From Bdellovibrionota bacterium (GTDB lineage: Bacteria; Bdellovibrionota_C; UBA2361; OMII01), in the NCBI GenBank assembly GCA_044356215.1, contig JBIKWQ010000036.1, positions 1 through 31,751 of the forward strand: a DNA stretch of 31,751 nt. Reading direction: 5' to 3'. The translations under genes were made by a program, and so were the position numbers. The notes under the pieces were generated by a model. That model saw nothing but the letters and a program-made list of their open reading frames with translations, ran no database searches and was not told where the DNA came from. Shown here piece after piece: positions 17,179-26,680 of this stretch (position 1 is its first letter; each line of letters begins with the position of its first letter).

Positions 17179-18326
17179 GCGCGTTCTAAGATGGTGGCTA
17201 TTCCCATACCTAAACCGATACACATGGTCACTAGGGCATAGCGCTTCGATGATCGCTCTAGCTCGTCTATGGCCATGCCTATTAGCATAGCTCCCGTCGC
17301 ACCCAAAGGATGCCCCAAAGCGATCCCCCCGCCATTGACATTAACTTTGTCAGGATCGATCCCGAGCTCTCGCATTGTTACGATCGGCACTGGGGCGAAG
17401 GCCTCATTGATCTCCCATACGTCGATATCGCTGACATTTAGCCCCGCTTTTAGTAGCGCTTGTCGTGAGGCCTCAATAGGTCCAGTGAGCATCACTCGCG
17501 GTGGTGACCCGATCGCTGACTGCGAAACGACGCGAGCGCGAGGCTTTAAATCGTAAATTTTTAGCGCGTCTTCACTCGCTATCAGCACCCCGGCAGCTCC
17601 ATCAACGATAGCAGAGGCGTTGCCCGCCGTTATAATTCCACCCTCTGGTTTGAAGACGGTCTTAAGGCCGGCGAGGGCCTCGGCTGAGGTATCTGGACGA
17701 GGATTGTCATCGGTGCGCGTTACATTAGTAGCTCCCGATTCATCAGAGTATGGAACATCGATTACGCTTTTTGAGAAGTGGCCCTGATCAATTGCTTGCT
17801 TCGCGAGTCTCTGAGAACGGAGAGCAAAATCATCCGCGTCTTGGCGCGATACTTGGTACTGCTCGGCTAGCAACTCAGCCGCGAAGCCTTGTTGTACTAG
17901 GTCCGGATGGAACTTCTTTAAGAGGGGGCTCTCCGCTCCGCCACAGTCGCTAAACATCGGCACTCGCGTCATATGCTCAACGCCACCGCCGATCGCCAGT
18001 TGATAAGTTCCAGCTAGGATCGAGCTTGCGGCGAAGTTCACAGCCTGCTGCCCAGAGCCGCACAGGCGGTTGATCGTTGTAGCTGGCACAGAGAATGGCC
18101 AACCGGAAGCGAGCACACCGGCTCTTCCAATACACCATCCCTGCTCCAGGGTCTGAGTTACACATCCAACTAATACGTCATCGATACACTTAGCGTCGAG
18201 CTTGTTGCGTGAGATTAAGGCGTTTAAGGGGAAAGTTAAGAGATCAACTGGATGGATCCCGGCGAACTTTCCTTTTTTACGCGCGCGTGGAGAGCGAGTT
18301 GTATCTACTATGTAAGCTGATCTCAT
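17175..18326 (-). CDS. Acetyl-CoA C-acyltransferase (thiolase)
   Basis: NRLCGSG (nucleophile Cys), NEAFA, GHPLGATG and CIGLGMG. Start set to ATG 18326 (MRSAYIVD). Confidence 0.95.
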   Translation of the reverse strand: MRSAYIVDTTRSPRARKKGKFAGIHPVDLLTFPLNALISRNKLDAKCIDDVLVGCVTQTLEQGWCIGRAGVLASGWPFSVPATTINRLCGSGQQAVNFAASSILAGTYQLAIGGGVEHMTRVPMFSDCGGAESPLLKKFHPDLVQQGFAAELLAEQYQVSRQDADDFALRSQRLAKQAIDQGHFSKSVIDVPYSDESGATNVTRTDDNPRPDTSAEALAGLKTVFKPEGGIITAGNASAIVDGAAGVLIASEDALKIYDLKPRARVVSQSAIGSPPRVMLTGPIEASRQALLKAGLNVSDIDVWEINEAFAPVPIVTMRELGIDPDKVNVNGGGIALGHPLGATGAMLIGMAIDELERSSKRYALVTMCIGLGMGIATILERA

Positions 18327-18430
18327 ATTCAACGGTTTCCCCGAAAATTCACTGTTGGGCGTCACTTAAAGACGCATGTTGATCTTAACCTTGGAAATAA
18401 GCTAAGCGAAAGCCCTGTTACATGATACAG

Positions 18431-19162
18431 CTATTCCACCAGCGATATCTCAGCTCGCCTATTGAGCTGTCTTCCCGCTGCGGTGCGATTAGTCGCCACC
18501 GGCTTCTTCGCGGAGAAGCTCTCAATCTTAATCTGGTCGAGCGCTATACCTCTTCCAGCTAGGTACGCCGCGACGGAGTCTGCGCGCGCCTGAGCGAGCT
18601 TATCGTTATAATCAGGCCTTCCTGTGTCGTCGGTATGCCCAGCCACTAAGATTCGCGAGAATTTTGGGTTCTTTTTTAGCGCTTCAGCCGCAGCTTCAAG
18701 GCCTGAATAGGCGCCTAGCCGGAGATTTGTTTGATCCTCATCGAAGAACACCGTGTAGACACCTCCGATGGGATCAGAACAGAGTGAAGAATCCAGCTTG
18801 TTTTGAATCTTTAGAAGTGAGTTGTGATTGGCGGCGGCTTGAACTTTTAGCGCTGCTAGCTGTCTGTTCTGTTCTAATTGAACACCTTCCTCTAAATCAT
18901 ACCCCATGCCCATTAGAAGTCCGGCAGCCGCTCCGAATCCGGAGCCAACTGCTGTGCCGTTGCCTGGGGTGCTTACTTGATTTCCGACGACCGCGCCAGC
19001 GCCGGCTCCCCAGCCCGCTCCTAAAAGCGCTCCGGCGACGGTTTTGTCTGGTCCGGCCTGTGGATTCGAGCAGGCTAGGAAACCTGTGGTCGTTAGAATG
19101 AAAAGTATAATCCTAAAAAGAGCAGTTGCGGGTCTGAAAACGGCGCATCTGCTCAAAATCAC
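18431..19162 (-). CDS. OmpA-family lipoprotein with glycine zipper (YiaD-like); start uncertain
   Basis: Lipobox FLAC after a hydrophobic stretch, GALLGAGWGAGAGAVVG zipper, and OmpA C-terminal GHTDDTG...NRRAEI. Signal-peptide length favours GTG 19162 or TTG 19156 over 19369. Confidence 0.85.
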   Translation of the reverse strand: MILSRCAVFRPATALFRIILFILTTTGFLACSNPQAGPDKTVAGALLGAGWGAGAGAVVGNQVSTPGNGTAVGSGFGAAAGLLMGMGYDLEEGVQLEQNRQLAALKVQAAANHNSLLKIQNKLDSSLCSDPIGGVYTVFFDEDQTNLRLGAYSGLEAAAEALKKNPKFSRILVAGHTDDTGRPDYNDKLAQARADSVAAYLAGRGIALDQIKIESFSAKKPVATNRTAAGRQLNRRAEISLVE

Positions 19163-19168
19163 TTTGGC

Positions 19169-19227
19169 TTTTGAATTTTCGGTGCTCACCCTGACGGTGC
19201 CAGGGTTGCGCTCCGAAAAATTCAAAA
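19169..19227. promoter_or_regulatory. 59-bp imperfect hairpin just upstream of the OmpA lipoprotein start
   Basis: TTTTGAATTTTCGGTGCTCACCCTG-ACGGTGC-CAGGGTTGCGCTCCGAAAAATTCAAAA. Confidence 0.6.
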
Positions 19228-19449
19228 ATCCTGCGTGCTTTTGAGCATCTGCACCATTTTCATCCACCTTAACTGCTCTTTTTAGGATAATTCTGATTGT
19301 TCGATCACCGCGCTTTGGCATTTCAGGCTCCTCTATTTGAATTTCAAATCCGACTGCTACGCTCATCAAGCGTCAGAGTAAGGCTTCACGAAAAGCGAAA
19401 ACGCTAAAGCCTCCCCTTAATTCTATTAGTCGGAGGATAGGTAAAAAAA

Positions 19450-20946
19450 CTATACAGTTTTTTTAGGTCCCTTTATTGAGCCTAAGACGATCGAGGCCAC
19501 TCCAAGAGCGGCAATAATCAGCCAAATCAAGGGGATAGGAAGATTTGTGAAAGTGCTAGGTATACTTAGGAGCGATACTTCCATTGGTAACACTGTTTCG
19601 GAGTATGGGGGTAGGGAAGCCAGTGTCCTCCCCATTGGATCGACTACAGCGGTCAGGCCGGTGTTAGTGGATCGAAGTAAAAAGCGTCTGTTCTCAATAG
19701 CGCGGAAGCTAGCGATCATGTGGTGCTGATACGGAGCCACGGTGTCTCCGAACCAGACATCATTTGTTTGGTTAACAAGGAGCTCGGCTCCTGCGGCTGT
19801 TGCCTCGCGCGCTAGTCTCGGAACAACATCTTCGTAACAGATCAGAGGAGAAACCTTAACGGTGCGGCCATCAGATAGCGGATAGGAGAATATTCGCGCC
19901 CTATCCCCAGCTATAAAATCTCCAGCGGTGTTATTAATCTCTTTGAGCCACGGGAGCCAGTCGCCTAGCGGTGTGTATTCACCAAAAGGCATCAAGATCC
20001 TTTTGTGGTAAGGTGGCTGAATAGAGCCATCAGGGGCGATTAAAACTGAGCTGTTAAAAAACTCCCGCTCTGAGCGCGCCGTGATTCCACCAACAAGGAA
20101 CGCTGAGCCATCGGCGAAAAAAGGGAGAGGGGTGCCTTGTGATACATGTTCAACGTTATCTGGAAAGACCTCAGGTATCGTCGATTCAGGCCAAATAACT
20201 AGTGTGTCCTTGGCGGAGACCAGGGCGCTTGTTCTAAGGTAGTGTTCCCGATTGACCGTGAAAACAGTCATACCAGAGTACCTTTTTAAAGCTACATTTC
20301 CCTGAATCATAACCGTCGATAAAGGGCTGGACTTCTGGCTGGATAACACTTGCTCTATCCACACACCATAACCCAAGCTGGCGCTAAGGCATATTAAAGA
20401 GCCCACCCTAGAGAGCGGCGCCACTCGAGCTCCGCCGCACAGACTCTCCACTACCCACATCATTATAAAGGTGATCCCAGGAACACCAACAACTCCGGCG
20501 ATCTGCGCTAATGGAACGAATCCAAGTTGAGTGTGTCCGAAGTCCCACGGAAATATCTTAATCCAAAAGTGATGCGCAATTACCCACGAGAGCGCGGCGC
20601 GTATCCCAGCTCGCGCGCACCATCTTGGAAGCCTATCAAAGCTAAACGCCCATATGAGAAACTGAATTGAGCTAGCAACAGCGTAAAAAACAAAGACCCC
20701 AAGGGCTGGAGCAAGGGGCATTCCGCCGAAGTCTTTAATAGTATTAAGGAGCCAATAAAAGCCCCCTAAATAGGTGATAATCCCCGCGACGAATAGCCGC
20801 TTTTGACGACCCTCTCGAATAGTGAGTGCGGCGTAAAAAAGCGGTAGTGATGTCCACCCAAGAGCGGCGCACAACGCTGTACCAGGATAGTACCAGGCAC
20901 AAACGAGCGCGCATGCCGCGATGATTGAGGTGATCCAGGCTATCAC
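19450..20946 (-). CDS. lnt: Apolipoprotein N-acyltransferase
   Basis: Multiple TM segments, [33 protein letters not shown] and RAIENRR. Confidence 0.96.
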   Translation of the reverse strand: MIAWITSIIAACALVCAWYYPGTALCAALGWTSLPLFYAALTIREGRQKRLFVAGIITYLGGFYWLLNTIKDFGGMPLAPALGVFVFYAVASSIQFLIWAFSFDRLPRWCARAGIRAALSWVIAHHFWIKIFPWDFGHTQLGFVPLAQIAGVVGVPGITFIMMWVVESLCGGARVAPLSRVGSLICLSASLGYGVWIEQVLSSQKSSPLSTVMIQGNVALKRYSGMTVFTVNREHYLRTSALVSAKDTLVIWPESTIPEVFPDNVEHVSQGTPLPFFADGSAFLVGGITARSEREFFNSSVLIAPDGSIQPPYHKRILMPFGEYTPLGDWLPWLKEINNTAGDFIAGDRARIFSYPLSDGRTVKVSPLICYEDVVPRLAREATAAGAELLVNQTNDVWFGDTVAPYQHHMIASFRAIENRRFLLRSTNTGLTAVVDPMGRTLASLPPYSETVLPMEVSLLSIPSTFTNLPIPLIWLIIAALGVASIVLGSIKGPKKTV

Positions 20947-22232
20947 GCGAACGGATTGGAGCAGAACGACGCGCCAGCGAGGATGGTTTCAATCCATAGG
21001 AGTCGGTTGTATTTAGCTGTGCGCTCACCGCGGCACACTGAGCCTGTTTTGATCTGGCCGCATCCTGTAGCAACAGCAAGATCCGCTATCGATGTGTCTT
21101 CGGTCTCTCCTGAGCGGTGCGACATTATCGATGTATAGCCGTTCTTGTGCGCGAGATTAATCGCCTCTAGGGTTTCGGTTACTGTCCCGATCTGATTCAA
21201 TTTGATCAAGATCGAGTTACCAGCTCCGCGTGTGATGCCATCCGCGAGTCTCTTTGTGTTGGTAACAAATAGATCGTCACCAACGAGTTGAACTCGGTCG
21301 CCGATCTTCTCAGTCATCATGCGCCAGCCATCCCAGTCGTTCTCATCAAGGCCGTCCTCGATACTAACGAGAGGGTATTTGTCAGCCCAGCCAGCGTATA
21401 GATCGACTAAGTCAGATGATGAGTACTCTTCCTTGGTGCTTTTCTTGAATATGTAGGTGCCTTTCTCTTTGTTGAAGAACTCACTCGCTGCTACATCGAG
21501 GGCGATCGATACGTCGTTACCAGGCTCATAGCCGGCGTCTACAATCGATTCCATTAAAGTCTCAAGTGTCGCTGTTGGACTATCGAGGTCTGGGGCGAAT
21601 CCTCCCTCGTCACCGATACCAGTTGAGAGCCCCTTCTTCTTGAGGTTCTTTTTTAGCGCGTGGAAAACCTCAGAAGCGCAGCGGATGTTCTCAAAGAACG
21701 TTGAGGAGACCGTTGGCACGATCATGAATTCCTGGAAGTCGAGTGAATTGGCCGCGTGAGCTCCACCGTTTATGATATTAACCAGAGGAATCGGGAGTTG
21801 CCTGGCGTTAGCTCCGCCGATGTAGCGAAAAAGAGGAATGCGCAGGTGATTGGCTCCAGCGTGAGCTGCGGCGAGACTCACTCCTAGGATCGCGTTGGCG
21901 CCTAAGCGGCTCTTGGTCTCAGTGCCGTCTAGGTCGATTAATTTACGATCGAGGTTGGCTAGCTCAAGCACATCGTGTCCGGCGATTACAGGGGCGATCT
22001 TCTCCTTGATATTCTCAACAGCCTTTAGCACACCTTTTCCCAGGTACCTCTCGTTGTCTCCATCTCTAAGCTCCAGCGCCTCATACTCACCAGTTGAAGC
22101 TCCAGATGGCACCATCGCTGTGCCCTGTGACCCGTCCGCTAAACATACGGTGGCCGCCACTGTCGGAAAGCCACGCGAGTCGAGACATTCATAGGCTGTT
22201 ACAGATGTTATTTCACTAGGCCGCTTTGACAT
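20943..22232 (-). CDS. eno: Enolase
   Basis: [43 protein letters not shown] and AKYNRLL. Start set to ATG 22232. Confidence 0.98.
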   Translation of the reverse strand: MSKRPSEITSVTAYECLDSRGFPTVAATVCLADGSQGTAMVPSGASTGEYEALELRDGDNERYLGKGVLKAVENIKEKIAPVIAGHDVLELANLDRKLIDLDGTETKSRLGANAILGVSLAAAHAGANHLRIPLFRYIGGANARQLPIPLVNIINGGAHAANSLDFQEFMIVPTVSSTFFENIRCASEVFHALKKNLKKKGLSTGIGDEGGFAPDLDSPTATLETLMESIVDAGYEPGNDVSIALDVAASEFFNKEKGTYIFKKSTKEEYSSSDLVDLYAGWADKYPLVSIEDGLDENDWDGWRMMTEKIGDRVQLVGDDLFVTNTKRLADGITRGAGNSILIKLNQIGTVTETLEAINLAHKNGYTSIMSHRSGETEDTSIADLAVATGCGQIKTGSVCRGERTAKYNRLLWIETILAGASFCSNPFA

Positions 22233-22456
22233 AAGAATCCCTAAAAATAGTGGCACTAAAATAAGTTAAGTATAAAAGTTTGGCCAAGGAGTGTTAAGCC
22301 GGTACGGGATACTAGCGCTCTTAGGCGGGGGTGTAAACTGTGCAGAATCGTAACTACTCACCGGATTTTTTGGATCGTGGCCGTAATTACATCTCTAAAG
22401 CCGAATCTTAGAGTTTCACCTTCTCTCCCAATCAATTACAGGGTATCCTGTGCTCT

Positions 22457-22795
22457 ATGCGTTCGACAGCCACACTTTTCATCCTTTTAGGAGCACTAGC
22501 GCTAGCGGCCTTCTCATTCCTCTCTGATGACGGCTTCGGTAAATTATCAAATTTAAACCGTAATCTTGAGCAGCAGCGGCGTACTAACGAGAAGCTGTCG
22601 GATACTGTTCACGCTCTCAAAAGGGAGGTGCGCGGTTTGCAGTCAGACCCACGCGCTGTTGAGAAGGCCGCCAGAAGTGAGCTTGGAATGGCGCGCCCAG
22701 GGGAGATGGTAGTTATATTCGAGAAGCAGGACCCTCGCGGGGCCGTGGCTCGGGATTCGGCTTTGGCGGAGGGTAGTGATGCAAAAGCCCGCTAG
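22457..22795 (+). CDS. ftsB: Septum formation initiator FtsB/DivIC family
   Basis: N-terminal TM, coiled coil, and EKAARSELGMARPGE motif. Confidence 0.85.
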   Translation: MRSTATLFILLGALALAAFSFLSDDGFGKLSNLNRNLEQQRRTNEKLSDTVHALKREVRGLQSDPRAVEKAARSELGMARPGEMVVIFEKQDPRGAVARDSALAEGSDAKAR

Positions 22796-23225
22796 AGTTT
22801 TAAACGATGAAAAGCTCGAAAGCTCCAACACGGATAGGTTGAACGCCGGGACTAACGCAGCGCGGCCAGAGCAGGTGAATTTCAAACCGTGGCGTCGAAG
22901 GGCAGGCGCGGCGACTGATCTTACGAAGGTTAAATCCATTTTATCAAAGGTGCTGTCGCATAGAGGCTTAGACAAAAAGGTCGAGCGTTACGGATTTATT
23001 CTGCACTGGCACGAAATCGTAGGGGAGCGTTTAGCTGAGGTTAGCAAGCCAGAGTGTATCGTTAACAAGCAGCTTATTGTGAATGTTATGCATCCTGCGT
23101 GGGCGCAAGAGTTAACGATGATAAAACCGGTTTTGCTGGAATCTCTGGTTAAGTTCCTCCGTCCAGGCGATGTCGTTAAAGACATGACATTTAGAGTGCG
23201 GCAGCTAGACAGCTTCAAAGAATAG
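22776..23225 (+). CDS. DUF721 / DciA-family protein
   Basis: HWHEIVGERLAEVSKP...LIVNVMHPAWAQEL pattern. Start uncertain. Confidence 0.8.
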   Translation: MMQKPARVLNDEKLESSNTDRLNAGTNAARPEQVNFKPWRRRAGAATDLTKVKSILSKVLSHRGLDKKVERYGFILHWHEIVGERLAEVSKPECIVNKQLIVNVMHPAWAQELTMIKPVLLESLVKFLRPGDVVKDMTFRVRQLDSFKE

Positions 23226-23750
23226 AAGAACAGAATTACCGTACTTTCTCTGAGCTGTTTCTTTGAGCGTGGTTAAATCGATTGGCTCATACTCTTTTGG
23301 ATCTATCTGAACGATGATCTTACCGCCCGTAGCTACTAGGTGTGGTCTCTCAGCTAGCGAACGCATAGCTTCGATCCAGATCCCTTGGTACTGCGGTGGC
23401 GCGACATAGATCAGATCGAAACTCTTCTGAGTGTGCTTGATGTAGATAAAAGCGTCGGTGTGGCGCACCTCAGCGCGATCACTCAACCCGCACGTAGTGA
23501 GATTATCTTTGATAGTCGCCACAGCGCGCGCGTTCGTGTCTAAAAACACGCAGTAGCCGGCTCCCTGACTGAGAGCCTCGATTCCGACAGCACCTGTGCC
23601 TCCAAAGAGATCTAAAACCGAGATCCCCTGAAGCGTTGGACGCAAGATATCAAAGAGTGATGTCTTCACACGGTCTAAGATCGGGCGAGTTGAATCACCA
23701 GGCACAGCCTTTAGCGGCCTGCCCTTTGCTGTTCCACCTATAACGCGCAT
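23205..23750 (-). CDS. rsmD: 16S rRNA (guanine-966-N2)-methyltransferase RsmD
   Basis: MRVIGGTAKGR, TRPILDRVK, LDLFGGTGAVGIEALS and APPQY. Start set to ATG 23750. Confidence 0.92.
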   Translation of the reverse strand: MRVIGGTAKGRPLKAVPGDSTRPILDRVKTSLFDILRPTLQGISVLDLFGGTGAVGIEALSQGAGYCVFLDTNARAVATIKDNLTTCGLSDRAEVRHTDAFIYIKHTQKSFDLIYVAPPQYQGIWIEAMRSLAERPHLVATGGKIIVQIDPKEYEPIDLTTLKETAQRKYGNSVLLFFEAV

Positions 23751-23757
23751 CTTTGAA

Positions 23758-25065
23758 CTAGAGAGTTCTCTCCATATCCCAGTTCTCAAGGTAGTCCCGA
23801 ATAAACGCTAGGAACTGGCCCCCAAGAGAGCCATCTACGATACGATGGTCGTAAGATAGAGTTAGGTAGCAGATCTGGCGAATCGCGATCATATCATCGA
23901 TCACCACAGGGCGCTTTTTGATCGCTCCTAAGCAGAGGATAGCCACCTGAGGTTGATTGATAATCGGAGTGCCGATGATCGTTCCGAAGACTCCCGGGTT
24001 TGTTACTGTGAATGTTCCACCAGCGACATCATCTGGCACGAGCTTTTTATTGCGAGCTCGTAGGGCCAGATCGTTTAGCGATCTAGCGATCCCAACTAGG
24101 TTCTTCTCCTCAGCTTTCTTGATAACTGGAACGATTAATCCCGTGTTGCCAAGAGCGACAGCGCAGCCTAGGTTTACATGTTTCTTGAGGATTATCTTCT
24201 TTCCATCAACAGACGCGTTAACATAAGGGAAAGCCTCTAACGCCTTAACAGTAGCCTCTAAGAAAAACGGCGTGAAGCTAAGTCCAAATCCCTCGCTCTT
24301 TTCAAAGGCTGATTTGTTCTTTGCGCGCCAATTGGCGATGTTTGTCACGTCCACTTCCTGTATCGAGTAAACGTGAGGAGATGTGTGCTTGGAGCGTACC
24401 ATGTGATCAGCGATCGCTTGGCGCATGGCGTCCATTACAACAACTTTACTTCCGTCGCTACCCCAATCTCCGATTGATGGGGCGGGGGCCGCGGCTGGCT
24501 TGGCGCTTGGCGCTGGTGTGCTTGGCGCTGGTGCGCTAGGTCTCTCAACCGCGGCTGGCTTAGCTGAGCGAGTCTCTACATACTTGAGAAAATCTTCTTT
24601 GGTTACCCGACCACCTTGGCCAGAGCCTGTTACGTTGTTTAACTCAGCGAGTGAAACACCATGCTTCTCGGCTAAGCTTTTCACCAGAGGTGAATAGTAT
24701 CTGCCGCTTTCATCGTGGGGTTCCTGAGCGGTTGCTGCTGCTGGTTCCGGAGCGAGCTGAAGTGCGGCGCTTCCCTTTGAAACAGGAGCGGCGGTCTCAG
24801 CTTTCGGAGTAGGAGCTGCTGCTGAACCCTCTGTGTCGATGATGGCGATCTTTGTTTTAACTGGAACTACGTCACCCTCCGCAAAGAGGATCTCAGTTAT
24901 CACTCCAGCCGCCGGAGCTGGTATCTCTGAGTCAACTTTATCGGTCGAGATCTCAAGTATTACTTCGTCCTTCTGAACGGTGTCGCCTACCTTCTTGCGC
25001 CACTTGGAGACTGTGGCTTCAGCGATCGACTCTCCCATCTGGGGCATTAGCATCTCGACTTTCAT
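23758..25065 (-). CDS. 2-oxoacid dehydrogenase E2 (dihydrolipoamide acyltransferase; SucB or branched-chain type)
   Basis: Lipoyl domain STDKVDSE, E3-binding GSGQGGRVTKED, Ala/Pro linkers and catalytic SYDHRIVDG. RBS GAGGAG. Confidence 0.93.
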   Translation of the reverse strand: MKVEMLMPQMGESIAEATVSKWRKKVGDTVQKDEVILEISTDKVDSEIPAPAAGVITEILFAEGDVVPVKTKIAIIDTEGSAAAPTPKAETAAPVSKGSAALQLAPEPAAATAQEPHDESGRYYSPLVKSLAEKHGVSLAELNNVTGSGQGGRVTKEDFLKYVETRSAKPAAVERPSAPAPSTPAPSAKPAAAPAPSIGDWGSDGSKVVVMDAMRQAIADHMVRSKHTSPHVYSIQEVDVTNIANWRAKNKSAFEKSEGFGLSFTPFFLEATVKALEAFPYVNASVDGKKIILKKHVNLGCAVALGNTGLIVPVIKKAEEKNLVGIARSLNDLALRARNKKLVPDDVAGGTFTVTNPGVFGTIIGTPIINQPQVAILCLGAIKKRPVVIDDMIAIRQICYLTLSYDHRIVDGSLGGQFLAFIRDYLENWDMERTL

Positions 25066-25491
25066 TTTCTTGGTAACTCCTCGGATATAAGTAACATGGT
25101 GATCAAACGGGCCGAGTATAGACTGTAACAGGCTTAATAGAAAAGATAACTAAGGCTTGGTCAGTCATACACAACAGGAGCTAGTGAGATGCCTGCAGTA
25201 CGGCAAAATGGTGCTCAAATGGTGAGTTTTGCAGGTGGGGATTGTGTTTTAGCGCACGGTGTCGCTTGGCCCATCTGAAATTTAATAGTGGTTGCTCTTT
25301 GGGCGATGCAGTTGGATAAAGGTAGTGATATCAGAGCTTTATTAGTCAGGGCGTGTTCGCCATTCGTTTGGCATCTTAAGTAAATTGAAGATCTATGCAC
25401 ACGATCTATGCCAACCCGGCATCCTACAAAGGGGGTCCCTTTAAAAAGGGGGGGGCGGCCATTAATTGATTCTAGATTTTTAGAGCTTGCT

Positions 25492-26679
25492 ATGACTCGT
25501 CCGACTTTTGCTATTTATACGGTAATCGGTTTCGCCATCGCTGTCGCGGTGTCTGGGGTTCTGCTCATGGCTGGATTGCAGCGGGCATTTGAATCTAACC
25601 CGATTTTTAACGGGCTCATCTTAGGAATTCTATGTATCGGTATCGCTGCCGCAATTAGGCAGCTGCTCAGGATCGATTACTCCGCACGCTGGATGTCAGC
25701 GCGGCTAAAGACTACTGACGTTAAGGATCCAGTTCCATTTCTTCTTGTCCCGCTGACTCCGCTTATCGGAAGTAAGGGTCCACAAGGAAGCTGTAGCACA
25801 TTATCTTTAAAGGCTATGATCGACGGAGTTTTCGTTCGAGTAGACGATGGGCGTGATGTCTCACGCTATCTGATGAATGTACTGATTCTTATGGGACTGC
25901 TCGGAACTTTTTGGGGATTGCTTCAAACAGTTGGTGGTATCGGCGCTGTAATCGGCGGACTGAATCTAGGAAATGGCGATATTACGGCGGTTTTTAATGA
26001 GTTTAAAGAGGGTCTACAGAAACCTCTGGTGGGAATGGGGATCTCGTTTAGTGCCTCGCTTTTCGGCTTAGCTAGTTCACTAATACTTGGCTTTATGGAT
26101 CTGCAGGCAGGAAGAGCGCAGAACCTATTCTGTGCCGAGCTTGAGGAGATCTTGGGATCAAAAGACGGAATGACTGGTGGCTTTGATGACTTCTCCGGTA
26201 TCAAGTTTCCTGTTAACAACACCGGTGGTGGCTATCAGGATGCTGTAGTGCACAGCTTGACTGAGCAGTTAGAGCGTCTTCACAAAACGCTGCGTCAGCA
26301 AGCTGAAGTGAGGCAATCCGAGCAGAGTAATGCCCGCACTTTGCAAGAGATCTTGGTTGCTCTCGACGCTCATCTTAAGTCTCAAGCAACGTTCTTGCAG
26401 AAGATGGTTTCGTTCCAGCAAGATGCCGCTCCTGTAGTGGAGAGATTGTCTTCATTGCTTAATGGCCCGGCGGTAGGAGCCCTTGAACAACACGCGAGAA
26501 GTATCGATTTGAGTATAAAGGATCTGCCGCGACAAATGGCTGTGTCAGCGGATATGCAAACAGAGGAGCTTCGTGGTGAGCTCCGGGTGATAGCGCGTCT
26601 ATTAGCTGGACCTGGGGTCCCTGGCAGGTCGGCAGCTCGTGAAACTGAGGTAATCGCGCCAAACAGCGAGGGTTTATAA
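25492..26679 (+). CDS. MotA/TolQ/ExbB-like proton channel protein with a C-terminal helical tail
   Basis: NPIFNGLILG, GLLGTFWGLL and GMGISFSASLFGLASSLILGFMDLQ. About 4 TM segments. Start set to ATG 25492. Confidence 0.85.
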   Translation: MTRPTFAIYTVIGFAIAVAVSGVLLMAGLQRAFESNPIFNGLILGILCIGIAAAIRQLLRIDYSARWMSARLKTTDVKDPVPFLLVPLTPLIGSKGPQGSCSTLSLKAMIDGVFVRVDDGRDVSRYLMNVLILMGLLGTFWGLLQTVGGIGAVIGGLNLGNGDITAVFNEFKEGLQKPLVGMGISFSASLFGLASSLILGFMDLQAGRAQNLFCAELEEILGSKDGMTGGFDDFSGIKFPVNNTGGGYQDAVVHSLTEQLERLHKTLRQQAEVRQSEQSNARTLQEILVALDAHLKSQATFLQKMVSFQQDAAPVVERLSSLLNGPAVGALEQHARSIDLSIKDLPRQMAVSADMQTEELRGELRVIARLLAGPGVPGRSAARETEVIAPNSEGL

Positions 26680-26680
26680 G

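Noticed and set aside
8445..24697. Numerous short antisense or alternate-frame ORFs inside purF, purL, prkA, thiolase, eno and E2
   Set aside because: They are shadow ORFs of well-supported genes.
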